This document shows positions 47,264-57,495 of a stretch of 64,000 nucleotides of DNA, piece after piece. The DNA is taken from NCBI GenBank assembly GCA_016784125.1, contig JADHVI010000001.1, positions 78,417-142,416 on the forward strand, read 5' to 3'. The notes under the pieces were generated by a model. That model searched no databases. It saw only the letters and a list, made by a program, of their open reading frames with translations, and was not told the origin of the DNA. Within the stretch, counting starts at the first letter, position 1; each line of letters opens with the position of its first letter. Origin of the DNA: Candidatus Woesearchaeota archaeon. Its GTDB lineage: Archaea; Nanobdellota; Nanobdellia; Woesearchaeales; GCA-2686295. The position numbers and the translations under genes are program-made.

Positions 47264-48757
47264 ATGGTCGAGAGTTATACTAAGAAAGCGGTTCGTAGTA
47301 CTGTAACAATTTTTTTAGTAGGGGTTGCATCATTAGGTGTGAGTTATCTTTTCAGATTACTTTTAGCTAGAAACTTATCTGTTGCTGAATATGGTCTTTT
47401 CTATTCTATCTTGTCATTTTTCTTTGTATTTGTTGTAATAACTAGATTGGGTTTGGGACAGGCCTTAGTCAAGTATATCTCGGAGTTTCTTGTTAAGAAA
47501 CAGTATTCAAATGTCAAAGGATCAATAATAATAACTCTCTTGACTCATTTCATCTTGTCAGCTATTGTTGGAGTAATTTTTATTTTAATATCGGGTTTTC
47601 TTGCAACGCATTATCTTAAAATGCCAGATTATCATTACCTAATAATTTTATATGCAATATATTTCATATTTTTTCCATTCCAGTCAACTCTTAGTTATAC
47701 TTTCAAAGGATTTCAGAAGATGCATTATTATTCGGTCATGGAACTTCTCCAGAACGTAATAGTCTTTGTTTTCACATTCCTTTTCTTGATAGTTTTCAAT
47801 ATGGGTCTTAAAGCTCCTTTCGTAGCACATTATTTCATATTTATTTTACCAATCATATTTGCACCTATTTTTTTCAAAAAACATTTTCCCAAGTTTACAA
47901 AGGTAAAAGCTACAATTACCAAACCACTTTTCAAGAAACTCACTCTCTTTGGAGTATCAATGGTTATAATGTCTGTTTCAACAGTTATTTTTACTAATGC
48001 AGACACAATTCTGATAACTTTCTTTCTTTCACTAGAAGACGTTGGTTTTTACCAAGCAGCTTTTCCAACAACAAAAATATTGGCCAATTTCAGTACAACC
48101 TTACTAATTGTTCTTCTTCCCCTCACATCTGAGCTTTGGGCTAGAAAGAAAATTGAGATCTTAAGAGAGGGTATAAAAGATCTTTACAAATATGTATCAT
48201 TGGTTTTGATACCTGCTTGTTTTACGATGATCATCTTTCCTGATTTAATAATAAGGATTTTGTTTGGGCCCGCTTATGAACCTGCAGCCAATGTTCTTCG
48301 AATTCTTGCCATAGCTGCACTCATTAATGTCTCTGGTGGAATTAATAGTGGTGTTTTGTCAGGTATTGGTAAACACTCAATTGTTGGCAAGATATTTTTA
48401 ACTGCGGCAGTCCTAAACATAGTTCTAAATATTATTTTAATACCAATCATTGGGATTGAAGGTGCTGCCATTGCGACACTCATATCTTTTGCAATTATAT
48501 CTGTGTGGACTTTTGTTAGTTTGAAAAAATCAGTTGGTGTGAAATTTGATATTAGAGCTTTAATTTATACTTTAGTGTCTGGCGTAATTTTTACAGCAGT
48601 CATTTTAATTCTCAAATCATCTTTACATTCAAACGTTTGGCTTGAGTTGTCCATTTCTTTAATAGTGGCATTAGTGGTTTATGTACTTTTATTATTTATT
48701 TTGAGAGTTCTTTCTTTATCAGAAATCAAAAAACTTCTTCACAGGATAAAAAGCTAA
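47264..48757 (+). CDS. Wzx/RfbX-type flippase
   Basis: About 14 TMs; LARNLSVAEYG, DVGFYQAA, LIPIIGIEGAAIAT. Confidence 0.9.
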   Translation: MVESYTKKAVRSTVTIFLVGVASLGVSYLFRLLLARNLSVAEYGLFYSILSFFFVFVVITRLGLGQALVKYISEFLVKKQYSNVKGSIIITLLTHFILSAIVGVIFILISGFLATHYLKMPDYHYLIILYAIYFIFFPFQSTLSYTFKGFQKMHYYSVMELLQNVIVFVFTFLFLIVFNMGLKAPFVAHYFIFILPIIFAPIFFKKHFPKFTKVKATITKPLFKKLTLFGVSMVIMSVSTVIFTNADTILITFFLSLEDVGFYQAAFPTTKILANFSTTLLIVLLPLTSELWARKKIEILREGIKDLYKYVSLVLIPACFTMIIFPDLIIRILFGPAYEPAANVLRILAIAALINVSGGINSGVLSGIGKHSIVGKIFLTAAVLNIVLNIILIPIIGIEGAAIATLISFAIISVWTFVSLKKSVGVKFDIRALIYTLVSGVIFTAVILILKSSLHSNVWLELSISLIVALVVYVLLLFILRVLSLSEIKKLLHRIKS

Positions 48758-48817
48758 TTTTTCTTATAAAAGTAAAGTTTATAAACCATTAAATAATTCA
48801 AATGTCGAGGTGATTCA

Positions 48818-49816
48818 ATGACTAAAAACAATATTTTAGTTACTGGCGGAGCAGGTTTTATCGGCTCACATTTAACAAATGATTTAATAAAGTTAGGTTA
48901 TAATGTCATAGTTCTAGATGATCTAAGCGGAGGATTCGCTGAAAATGTTCCTAAGAAAGCAAAGTTCGTAAAAGGAAGCATATTAAACTTTAAGCTTGTA
49001 AAAGAATTATTCAAGAAATACAAGTTTGATTATGTATTTCACTTAGCAGCTTATGCTGCCGAAGGATTATCTCATTTTATCAGAATATTTAATTATAGAA
49101 ATAATCTGCTTGGAAGTATAAATCTCATCAATGAATCTATTAAGTATAATGTTAAGTGTTTTGTGTTTACTTCGTCCATCGCAGTTTATGGTGCAAACCA
49201 ACTTCCAATGAAGGAAGAAACAACTCCTCAGCCAGAAGATCCTTATGGAGTTTCAAAATATGCTGTTGAACTTGATTTGAAGTGTGCTCATGAAATGTTT
49301 GGTTTGAACTACATAATTTTTAGACCTCATAATGTGTATGGTGAAGGGCAGAACCTCGGCGATAAATACAGGAACGTTGTAGGTATTTTCATGAATCAAA
49401 TTATGCAGAAAAAATCATTAACGATATTTGGTGATGGTACGCAGACAAGAGCATTCTCATACATTGGAGATGTTGCGCCAATAATAGCTAAATCTATTAA
49501 AGTTAAGAAGGCTTACAATGAAGTTTTTAATATTGGGGCCGACAAACCTTTTACAGTGAATCGTTTAACTACAGTTGTTATGAATGCAATGGATTCAAAG
49601 CAGAAACTCATTCACTTGCCCGCAAGAAACGAAGTTGAACATGCATATTCTTCACATGCAAAAGTAAAAAAATATTTAGGCTACAAGACAAACTTTTCAC
49701 TAGAACAGGGAGTTCAAAAAATGGCTGAGTGGGCTAAAAAAACTGGTAGTAAGAGAAGTAGTAAATTCAAAAATATAGAAATAACTAAGAATCTTCCCCC
49801 TAGCTGGACTAAATAA
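48818..49816 (+). CDS. NAD-dependent sugar epimerase/dehydratase
   Basis: TGGAGFIG, HLAAYAAEGLSHF, YGVSK, GDGTQTRAF. Confidence 0.9.
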   Translation: MTKNNILVTGGAGFIGSHLTNDLIKLGYNVIVLDDLSGGFAENVPKKAKFVKGSILNFKLVKELFKKYKFDYVFHLAAYAAEGLSHFIRIFNYRNNLLGSINLINESIKYNVKCFVFTSSIAVYGANQLPMKEETTPQPEDPYGVSKYAVELDLKCAHEMFGLNYIIFRPHNVYGEGQNLGDKYRNVVGIFMNQIMQKKSLTIFGDGTQTRAFSYIGDVAPIIAKSIKVKKAYNEVFNIGADKPFTVNRLTTVVMNAMDSKQKLIHLPARNEVEHAYSSHAKVKKYLGYKTNFSLEQGVQKMAEWAKKTGSKRSSKFKNIEITKNLPPSWTK

Positions 49817-49825
49817 TGGTTTAAA

Positions 49826-50497
49826 ATGCATGATGGTATCTTAAGAGATTTGGGAAGAGCAGCCGAGATGAAGAAGCTCCGTTTTAATTATGAGACAATT
49901 CTTGATGTGGGTGGAAATCATGAAAGTTGTCTTTCTTTTTTCCCTGATAAAAAAATAACTGTTTTGAACATAAAAAATTATGGTGTTTCTCCAAAAATTA
50001 AATTTATTAAAGCTTCTATGACAAAAATACCTTTCAAAACTAATTCTTTTGATTTAATCATTTCAAATGATACTTTAGAACATGTTCACAAAAAAGATCG
50101 ATCTCAAGGAATAACTGAAATGATTAGAGTTGCAAAGAAAGGATTGATTATTGGTGTACCTTGTGGAAAGAAAGCAAAAAAATATGAAACGTTTGTTTTA
50201 AAATTAGGAAAAGCTTTTGGGAAAAATATGAAATGGCTCTCAGAACATGCTGAGGCTCAACTTCCAATGGATGCAGATATTGTTAATGTTATTAAGAAGA
50301 ACAAAAAAGTGGCAAAACTGGAAGTTGTGAAAAATGATAATCTTAATGTGTGGCTTTTTACTTGTATTTTAGGAGGGCCAATGAGATTTTTTTGGAATAA
50401 GTTTGACAGAAACAAGCTATTTAAGCATTGGAAATTATTTTCAATTTTCAACTTTGGAAGCACATACAGAAAATTCTTCGTGATATATCTAAAATGA
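49826..50497 (+). CDS. Class I SAM methyltransferase (type 11-like)
   Basis: ILDVGG, IPFKTNSFD..DTLEHV, EMIRVAK. Confidence 0.8.
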   Translation: MHDGILRDLGRAAEMKKLRFNYETILDVGGNHESCLSFFPDKKITVLNIKNYGVSPKIKFIKASMTKIPFKTNSFDLIISNDTLEHVHKKDRSQGITEMIRVAKKGLIIGVPCGKKAKKYETFVLKLGKAFGKNMKWLSEHAEAQLPMDADIVNVIKKNKKVAKLEVVKNDNLNVWLFTCILGGPMRFFWNKFDRNKLFKHWKLFSIFNFGSTYRKFFVIYLK

Positions 50498-50501
50498 AAA
50501 T

Positions 50502-51734
50502 CTAAGTTTTTTTGTAAGCATTAAGAATTTTTTTTGTAACCATTTCTTTTTCAAATCTTTCTTCAAATATTTTTCGGCTTTTTATTCCAAGATCTTTTCT
50601 TATGTTTTCGTTGTTAATTAGAATATTTAGTTTCTCTACTAATTCTTCTTCATTTCTTACTAAGAAACCATTTTGTCCTACAATAACTCCTTCACTGTTT
50701 CCACCATTATCTGTTGCAATTATTGGTTTACCAAAATATGTGGCCTCCAACATTATTCTAGAAAATGGTTCTGGCCATAGAGATGATTGCACTATTGCAT
50801 CGGACTGTTTGTAAATGGATGGTATAAATTCATATCTAACATCTCCGTAGAATCTTACATTTGGACCCGCTATTTTTTCTAGTTTTTTCCTTTCAGATCC
50901 ATCTCCAAATATTAAGAGTTTTGCATCACCATTTACTTTGTTGAAAGCTCTTATGACTAATTCTGTTCCTTTGATTTTTTCAAGCACACCAATAAACACA
51001 ATTTTAACACCTTTATCTTTTAAATGAAATATTTTGTCTGAGTCTTTAATATCTATTATGTTTGGAACTCTAAAAATATTTTTCTTCTTAACACCATTTT
51101 TTATCAACATTTTTTCTGTAAATCCTGATATTGCGAAATAGTTTTGTACATTGTCTAAATTTCTATTATTTTTTTTATGATTAGAATAAACTGACATCCA
51201 GATTATAGGGTTGTATTTTACATACCAAGGCATTTTGTATTTTCCGAGGAATTTTGAATTAACTATGCATTTAACGAATTTTCCCGGATTACATTCTTCA
51301 CAAGCTTTTTTTTCTTTGTAGAATAAATTTCTTTTTGGACAAAAGTTTGTGTAGCCATTGATGGTTGCAAATGTTTTTTTGTTTATCTTAAAGTTTGGTA
51401 TGGCCGTTGTATTCAGGAAGTGTATTATATCAAAGTTTTCTTTCTTATCCAATAATGGGAGTTCTTTTTTGATTGATTTTTGAAACCAAAATAATCTTCT
51501 TAGATTATCTTTGAAAGCATTTGGATTTTCGCCTGTTTTTAGAGTTCTTACAACAGTGAATCCATCCATTTCTTCAACTCTTTTCAAGCCAGAGAAATGT
51601 GCTGTTAGGACAAACACAGTTAACCCTTTTTTCACCAGAGTCTTTGCTAGTTGATGTGCACTTATTTGACCACCACCAAACATTTTTGGAGTAAAATACT
51701 CTGTTACAAGTAAAACTTTCATTTTCTTATCCAT
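50502..51734 (-). CDS. GT4 glycosyltransferase
   Basis: EYFTP..GGG, FIGVLEKIKG, WPEPFSRIMLEA (Ex7E). Confidence 0.9.
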   Translation of the reverse strand: MDKKMKVLLVTEYFTPKMFGGGQISAHQLAKTLVKKGLTVFVLTAHFSGLKRVEEMDGFTVVRTLKTGENPNAFKDNLRRLFWFQKSIKKELPLLDKKENFDIIHFLNTTAIPNFKINKKTFATINGYTNFCPKRNLFYKEKKACEECNPGKFVKCIVNSKFLGKYKMPWYVKYNPIIWMSVYSNHKKNNRNLDNVQNYFAISGFTEKMLIKNGVKKKNIFRVPNIIDIKDSDKIFHLKDKGVKIVFIGVLEKIKGTELVIRAFNKVNGDAKLLIFGDGSERKKLEKIAGPNVRFYGDVRYEFIPSIYKQSDAIVQSSLWPEPFSRIMLEATYFGKPIIATDNGGNSEGVIVGQNGFLVRNEEELVEKLNILINNENIRKDLGIKSRKIFEERFEKEMVTKKILNAYKKT

Positions 51735-51863
51735 CTTAACTTACCAGGACTAATGTGACATATAAATAGTTAACTAATGTTTTTTGTGAACTTTTTTGTG
51801 TCGACGATGAATCCTCTATTTACAAGTAAAACTTTTTAAATAAAGTTTTATTCTCGTCACCAC

Positions 51864-53054
51864 ATGATGACCAATTTAAAAGAATATCTATTAAAAACCC
51901 TGGAACTACAGAAAGGAATTGTATTTGCTAGTAAACCAACCTTTGTTTGTAGGGGAAATTATTCTGGTCGTGATATAATTGCTAAGAATAGTGAATTTTC
52001 AGAAGATTTTGTTGATGAGAGGGGTTATGTTCCTGTCGAATTATGGTTAATGTCTCTTGTTGAAGCTGAGAATCCTGAGAAAAAAGAAGGAGAAGGATTA
52101 ACCAGCATAAGTTTAATTGAAGGAGAGGTCACTCTTAAGCAAATATCAGATGTTGCAGAAGAAGAACTTTTTGGAGTTTGGAAAACATCTTGGCCTCTAA
52201 CAAAAATTCTTGATATTGGCGGAGTTCCTAAGAAAACCAGTTTTTCAGATCAAAAAGAAGTTCCTGCAATACCACCACATATCCATGGGGGGAACATCGT
52301 TGATGGTGTGGCCATAAAACCTGGCAAAATCGAAGCATATTTCTTTCCACCTTTAAACGTTGGTCCTTATAATCGAGAGATTGGTAGAACCATTTCAAGA
52401 TTGGGATTTAAGTCAGGTGTTACAAAAGAGATATTTAAAGAAACATTAAGACATTTTGGGAAAGATGATTCTATGTATGAGTTATTAGAGCCACATATTG
52501 TCAAACCTTATTCTGGTTGGACAATGCCTGCAGGCACTATTCATTCTCCAGGACCTTGGGTTACATTTGAGGTTCAACTTCCTCAAGATGATTTTAACAA
52601 TGTTGGTTGGAAATTTGAAGATAGAATTCCTGAAGCAAACTGGGAAGAGGAATACAACAAGTTGGTTCTTAGAGGATTAAAGGATGAAGATGATCTAATT
52701 AACCAAGTACTAGATTGGGATGTGTCAACAGATCCAAATTTTAAAGATCATTATCAAAGAGAAATAAAAATTATTGAGGAAGGAGATTTTGGTCGTAGAT
52801 TCCAGATATTTTTTGATCAATTTTATGGTGAGGGTTGGGAAATAAATAGTGGTAAATCACTTACAATTAATGCAAAAGAAAAACCAATTGCGGGACTTGT
52901 TTGGTCTGGAAATGGCTCACTAAATGATAATCAAGTAAGTGTGGACAAAAACAGAGAGTTTTTTATAGTTCCACAAACATCCATAACTTTAGAAAATAAT
53001 GGCTCAGAAAAACTAATTATGTTCACAGTTGAACCAATTGGAGGTTTGAAATGA
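51864..53054 (+). CDS. Phosphomannose-isomerase-like cupin protein
   Basis: ELWLMS, PLTKILD, PPHIH, KIEAYFF, PAGTIHSPG, FEVQ follow the order of type I PMI metal motifs. Confidence 0.6.
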   Translation: MMTNLKEYLLKTLELQKGIVFASKPTFVCRGNYSGRDIIAKNSEFSEDFVDERGYVPVELWLMSLVEAENPEKKEGEGLTSISLIEGEVTLKQISDVAEEELFGVWKTSWPLTKILDIGGVPKKTSFSDQKEVPAIPPHIHGGNIVDGVAIKPGKIEAYFFPPLNVGPYNREIGRTISRLGFKSGVTKEIFKETLRHFGKDDSMYELLEPHIVKPYSGWTMPAGTIHSPGPWVTFEVQLPQDDFNNVGWKFEDRIPEANWEEEYNKLVLRGLKDEDDLINQVLDWDVSTDPNFKDHYQREIKIIEEGDFGRRFQIFFDQFYGEGWEINSGKSLTINAKEKPIAGLVWSGNGSLNDNQVSVDKNREFFIVPQTSITLENNGSEKLIMFTVEPIGGLK

Positions 53055-54550
53055 CCAAACTAAATGTTGACAAGACAAAAAAGATTTTGAACGACTTTGA
53101 AAACAAAACTATTTTGGTAGTCGGCGATTTTTATTTGGATGAATATATTGAAACAACAAGCGATCAATTTAGTCCAGAAGCGCCCGTACCAAGAGCAATT
53201 GTCAAATCAAAAATTCACGTTCCAGGGGCCGCAGGCAATGTTGCTTGTGTATTAAAAGAACTGGGAGCAACTGTAAAAACCGTTGGAGTTATTGGGGCAG
53301 ATAACAACGGTGATATTCTGAAATCTGATTTGGATTCTAGGGGTATTGATACTCAAGGACTAATTTTAGATAAAGAAAGACTAACTGGTACTTTCTCTCG
53401 GATACTATTATTGTTTGGTGGTAATATTAGTCAACATGTCATAAGATTTGATCATGAAAATGATTCTCCTTTATCACAAAGTACAAGAAAACAAGTTATA
53501 TCAAATTTTAGAGAGCAAGTTAAGTCTTGTGATGCTATTTTTATGGCTGATTATGATGAAACAGGTGGAACTGGATTAATCAATGATGAATTAATGGAAG
53601 AAATTATTGATTTAGCTAAATCTAATAATGTCTTAACTGTAGGAATATCTAGGCTTAACATAAAAAAATTCAAAGATTTTGATTTGATAATCACGAATGA
53701 GAAAGAAACCGAAATTGCAACAAACATAAAAATCACAGATGATGAAACTTTGTTGAAAGCAGTTGAAAATCTTAAAACCAATCTTAAAAGCAAAGTAGTT
53801 CTGGCTTCTTTGGGAAAGAAAGGTGCAATCGTTATGGATGAATCTTTAACTTTTCAACTTCCAAGTTTTGCTAAAAAAGTGGTTGATGTTTGTGGTGCTG
53901 GTGATACTATGAGTTCAGCTTTTGCTCTTTCAAAACTATCTAATGCAACTCACAGTGAGGCTTTAGAAATTGGTAGTTTTGCAGCAAGTGTGGCTGTACA
54001 AAAAGAAGGAACTGCAACTGTTTCAAGAAGTGAATTGCTAAGTGCAATTAAAAATGAATATGAATCCATCAACAAGCTTGTGACTCCTGTACAATTAAGC
54101 TCATTAGTTAAAGGTTTTAAGAAGCAAGGGAAAAAAGTTGTTCTCACAAATGGTTACTTTGATTTTATTCATGCAGGAATAATTCAATTTTTACAAGAAG
54201 CAAAGAAACAAGGAGATATATTGATAGTTGCTTTGAATAGTGATGAATCAACAAGATCAAATAAAGGCACCGATAGACCTCTATTAAACCAGGGTGATCG
54301 AGCCAAGATTATGTCTGCTTTCAGCTTTGTTGACTATGTGGTTATTTTTGAAGAACTGACGCCTATAAAGCTCATACAAACCCTCCATCCCGATGTTCTT
54401 GTGAAAGGAGGAACTCATTCAAAAGAAGAGATTGTTGGCAAAGACTTATTTGAGGATATGAGTTCTAAAGCTCTTCCTTTGATGGGGCCTTCAACCGAAA
54501 GCATGATTGATTTTATTAAAAATAGTAAGAAATCATTACATGAAAAATGA
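53051..54550 (+). CDS. hldE: HldE/RfaE bifunctional heptose-7-P kinase/nucleotidyltransferase (C-terminal domain degenerate)
   Basis: VVGDFYLDEY..SPEAPVP, GAAGNVA, DVCGAGDT; then TNGYFDFIHAGI, LNSDES, KGTDRP, LVKGG. Confidence 0.85.
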   Translation: MTKLNVDKTKKILNDFENKTILVVGDFYLDEYIETTSDQFSPEAPVPRAIVKSKIHVPGAAGNVACVLKELGATVKTVGVIGADNNGDILKSDLDSRGIDTQGLILDKERLTGTFSRILLLFGGNISQHVIRFDHENDSPLSQSTRKQVISNFREQVKSCDAIFMADYDETGGTGLINDELMEEIIDLAKSNNVLTVGISRLNIKKFKDFDLIITNEKETEIATNIKITDDETLLKAVENLKTNLKSKVVLASLGKKGAIVMDESLTFQLPSFAKKVVDVCGAGDTMSSAFALSKLSNATHSEALEIGSFAASVAVQKEGTATVSRSELLSAIKNEYESINKLVTPVQLSSLVKGFKKQGKKVVLTNGYFDFIHAGIIQFLQEAKKQGDILIVALNSDESTRSNKGTDRPLLNQGDRAKIMSAFSFVDYVVIFEELTPIKLIQTLHPDVLVKGGTHSKEEIVGKDLFEDMSSKALPLMGPSTESMIDFIKNSKKSLHEK

Positions 54551-55458
54551 AGACTAAAGATAGACCTTTGGAAAGTCATACATCTGTTATAAGTAGTTTT
54601 ATGGATTTTGCAAATGTTCCTGAAAAAGAAAGAGAACTTCTAAAAAGAGAGTTGAAGAGATACATTGAAACACGAATTGTTAAAGGGAAATGGTGTCATC
54701 CTTTTATTACTAAGTTTCACACTGATTGGTACAGAGAATTTTATAGAATAATTGATGGCACAGATCCTTACAAGTTGATTAAGGATAATTCTAATATTCA
54801 AGCGAAACAGCTTCTTAAAAACTTTAAATCAGATAGCATAAGAGATTCTGTGATGCTCACTATTATAGGTAACAAAATAGATTTTGGAGCTTGTATGGAT
54901 AGCATATACAATTTAGAGCAACTTAAAGCAGACATTCAAAATGTTAAAAGGGAAAATTTTTCAGTTAATCAAGTTGAAGAGATGTTAAGCGAGATTAAAT
55001 CTGCGAAAAATGTTCTTTATCTCTTTGATAATAATGGAGAAATGATATTCGATACTTTGCTACTTGATTTCATCGTAAAACATGTTGATAAGAAAAATGT
55101 TTTTCTTGTGGGAAAAGATAAACCTATGTTGAATGATGTGACAGTTGCAGATTTAAAATCTGAAAAATTAGACGAATTTGGTCTCATTGTTTCAACAGGT
55201 AGTGACTGTTTTGGTTTGCATGAAGAAGATGTATCTGATGATTTCAAGAAGCTCTTGAAATCTGCTGATTTAATTATTGCTAAAGGTCAAGCTTACTTGG
55301 AATTCTTTTCAGAGTATAATTTCACAAATGTTTTTCATGTATTGCGTGTTAAACAAGAAATTGTTGGTGATGAATTGCCTACTTTGACACCAGGCATGAA
55401 TGTAGTTATGAAATCAACAAATTATGCTGGGAAAGGTGTTGATTATGTTTGGAGTTGA
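54547..55458 (+). CDS. DUF89/ARMT1-like metal-dependent phosphatase
   Basis: DPYKLIK, GNKIDFG, FDNNGEMIFD, PMLNDVT, IIAKGQAYLE. Confidence 0.8.
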   Translation: MKTKDRPLESHTSVISSFMDFANVPEKERELLKRELKRYIETRIVKGKWCHPFITKFHTDWYREFYRIIDGTDPYKLIKDNSNIQAKQLLKNFKSDSIRDSVMLTIIGNKIDFGACMDSIYNLEQLKADIQNVKRENFSVNQVEEMLSEIKSAKNVLYLFDNNGEMIFDTLLLDFIVKHVDKKNVFLVGKDKPMLNDVTVADLKSEKLDEFGLIVSTGSDCFGLHEEDVSDDFKKLLKSADLIIAKGQAYLEFFSEYNFTNVFHVLRVKQEIVGDELPTLTPGMNVVMKSTNYAGKGVDYVWS

Positions 55459-55463
55459 TAATT

Positions 55464-55952
55464 ATGGGTGTTGAAAAAATAAAAACGAGAGAAGAAATTA
55501 AGGAACTATGTGTTAAACTTAAAGCAGTTGGTTTAACAATTGTTACAACTAATGGTAGTTATGATATTTTACATGCAGGGCATGTTAGAATGCTTGAAGA
55601 AGCTAAGAAACAAGGGGATATTCTCATAGTTGGTTTGAACAGTGATAAATCGGTTCAAGCATACAAAAACAAAGATAGGCCAATTATACCTGAGCAATAC
55701 AGAGCAGAACTTTTAGCTGCATTGGAATGTGTAGATTATGTGACTCTTTTTGATGAAACCGTTCCCATGGAATTTATCAAATCGGTTGTTCCAGATATTC
55801 ACGTCAATTATGCTGGATATGGAGGGGATTGTGTTGAGAAACCTCTTCTTGATGAAATAGGCGCAAAGCTTCATTTAGTTGGAGATTTGTGTGACTTTTC
55901 AACAACAAAAATTGTAGATAAGATAATAAAGATTTATTCTAAACAAAACTAG
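55464..55952 (+). CDS. Stand-alone RfaE domain II heptose-1-P nucleotidyltransferase
   Basis: TTNGSYDILHAGH, GLNSDKSV, RPII..RAELLAALECVDYV, FSTTKIV. Confidence 0.88.
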   Translation: MGVEKIKTREEIKELCVKLKAVGLTIVTTNGSYDILHAGHVRMLEEAKKQGDILIVGLNSDKSVQAYKNKDRPIIPEQYRAELLAALECVDYVTLFDETVPMEFIKSVVPDIHVNYAGYGGDCVEKPLLDEIGAKLHLVGDLCDFSTTKIVDKIIKIYSKQN

Positions 55953-55956
55953 TTGA

Positions 55957-57057
55957 TTAAGAAAGTTTATTAATTGTTTTTTTCACTTCTTTTACACTGA
56001 TTAGTTTCATACATTTCTGGAATTCTTTATTGATGCAAATTGGCATGATACCTTTTTCATTGATAATACACGGGCTACATGAAATCTTGTGATAAATTGA
56101 CACGTTTCCTTTGCCGAAAGGACCCCATCTCACAGGAGTATTTGGTCCGAATAATCCAATTGTCTTACATCCCTGTGCTGCAGCCACATGCATTGGTCCT
56201 GTATCATTGCTAATGAAAATATTGCACTTTTCAATCAAATCAAATGATTCTGTCAAACTAATTTTCCCTGCAGAGTTTATAGACTTTGTATTCATTAGAC
56301 TTCGAACTTCTTCGATAAGTTTACTCTCTGCTGGCGAACCTGTAAATATGACCACATAATTTTTATTTGTTAAGTAGTCTGCCAATTCTGCAAATCTTTC
56401 CTTTGGCCACATTCTTTCTCTGACGGATTCTGCAGCACCAGTGCATATGCCTGCAAGTTTATCGTTCTTTTTCACACCATTTTTTCTTAAGAATATATCT
56501 ACTTGTTCTTTCTCTTTTTTATTAACTTTTAGCTTTTCTAGTTTACTAATTGTTTTTTCAATTCCTACTTGTCTTCCCAAATCCATATACATTTCAACCA
56601 TGTGTTTGCTCTTTGAAAATAGGCTGGTTTTATTATACAGAATTGATCTTGCTTGGTTTGAAAATCCAATCCTAAATTTACCTATCCACCAAGACAGTAG
56701 TGCTGATGAATTAAGATAAGGTTCTAGATCAAACACTAAGTCAAATTTTCTAAGAAATTTAAACAAATTTTCTTCTTCAAATAAAATTATTTCATCAATA
56801 AAGCTCTGATGTTCATATACTGTGAAATTTCGTTTATGAGCAATAACTGTTATATTAGATTTTGGATATTTTTCCTTTATGGCTTTAATCAAAGGAAGTG
56901 ATGTTACGGAGTCTCCTATAGCCCAAAGTTTCACAAATGCAATGCTTTTAACATCAAATTTATCTTTGGAAAACAGTTTGGATAACCCACCAATTATCCA
57001 GCTTACGGGGCCTATAATATATTTGTCCGTTGTTCTAAGAACTTTGATCGAGCTCAT
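55957..57057 (-). CDS. GT9 (heptosyltransferase-family) glycosyltransferase
   Basis: AIGDSV, RMWPKERF, ISNDTGPMHVAAA, LFGPNTP, CSPC..C..CM. Confidence 0.9.
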   Translation of the reverse strand: MSSIKVLRTTDKYIIGPVSWIIGGLSKLFSKDKFDVKSIAFVKLWAIGDSVTSLPLIKAIKEKYPKSNITVIAHKRNFTVYEHQSFIDEIILFEEENLFKFLRKFDLVFDLEPYLNSSALLSWWIGKFRIGFSNQARSILYNKTSLFSKSKHMVEMYMDLGRQVGIEKTISKLEKLKVNKKEKEQVDIFLRKNGVKKNDKLAGICTGAAESVRERMWPKERFAELADYLTNKNYVVIFTGSPAESKLIEEVRSLMNTKSINSAGKISLTESFDLIEKCNIFISNDTGPMHVAAAQGCKTIGLFGPNTPVRWGPFGKGNVSIYHKISCSPCIINEKGIMPICINKEFQKCMKLISVKEVKKTINKLS

Positions 57058-57389
57058 TTCTTTTTCTTCTCTTTCTCTATGGCCACTGTTCTCACAAGTT
57101 TTGTTATGTTTTGATCTAGTTTTTCGAACTTTACATACATTCTAAAGATTAAGTAGAACACCAAAACTATGCTAACATAAACTGCGATATCTATTGGTCT
57201 GCCAATTCCAACTTTGTTAGATAACCATCCTGTAAATGCCGGCAAAACAGCAACTATTACAACTGCAGCCCATATTATTGTCCAGAAAGTGAATTCTCTA
57301 AGTCTCATCTGTTTGTCTTTAAATCTGAGAAGTACTCTGCTATATGCAAAGATAACAAATAATATGACTAATACTTGAATTATTTCCAT
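57054..57389 (-). CDS. DUF2304-like small membrane protein
   Basis: 3 TMs; FWTIIW..P...GIGRPID, ITKLVRTVAI. Confidence 0.75.
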   Translation of the reverse strand: MEIIQVLVILFVIFAYSRVLLRFKDKQMRLREFTFWTIIWAAVVIVAVLPAFTGWLSNKVGIGRPIDIAVYVSIVLVFYLIFRMYVKFEKLDQNITKLVRTVAIEKEKKKK

Positions 57390-57495
57390 TTTAGTTTTAT
57401 GAATATATTGGTTTTTTTAAACTTTTTCTAAATATGGGTTTTGTCGCCAATCAAAAAGTATATAAATCAATCATAACATCTTTCTTAATGGGGGT

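Noticed and set aside
51704..51835. 16-bp direct repeat TTACAAGTAAAACTTT at 51704 and 51820
   Set aside because: Only two AT-rich copies, one inside a coding start, with no element between them; chance or a small duplication scar.
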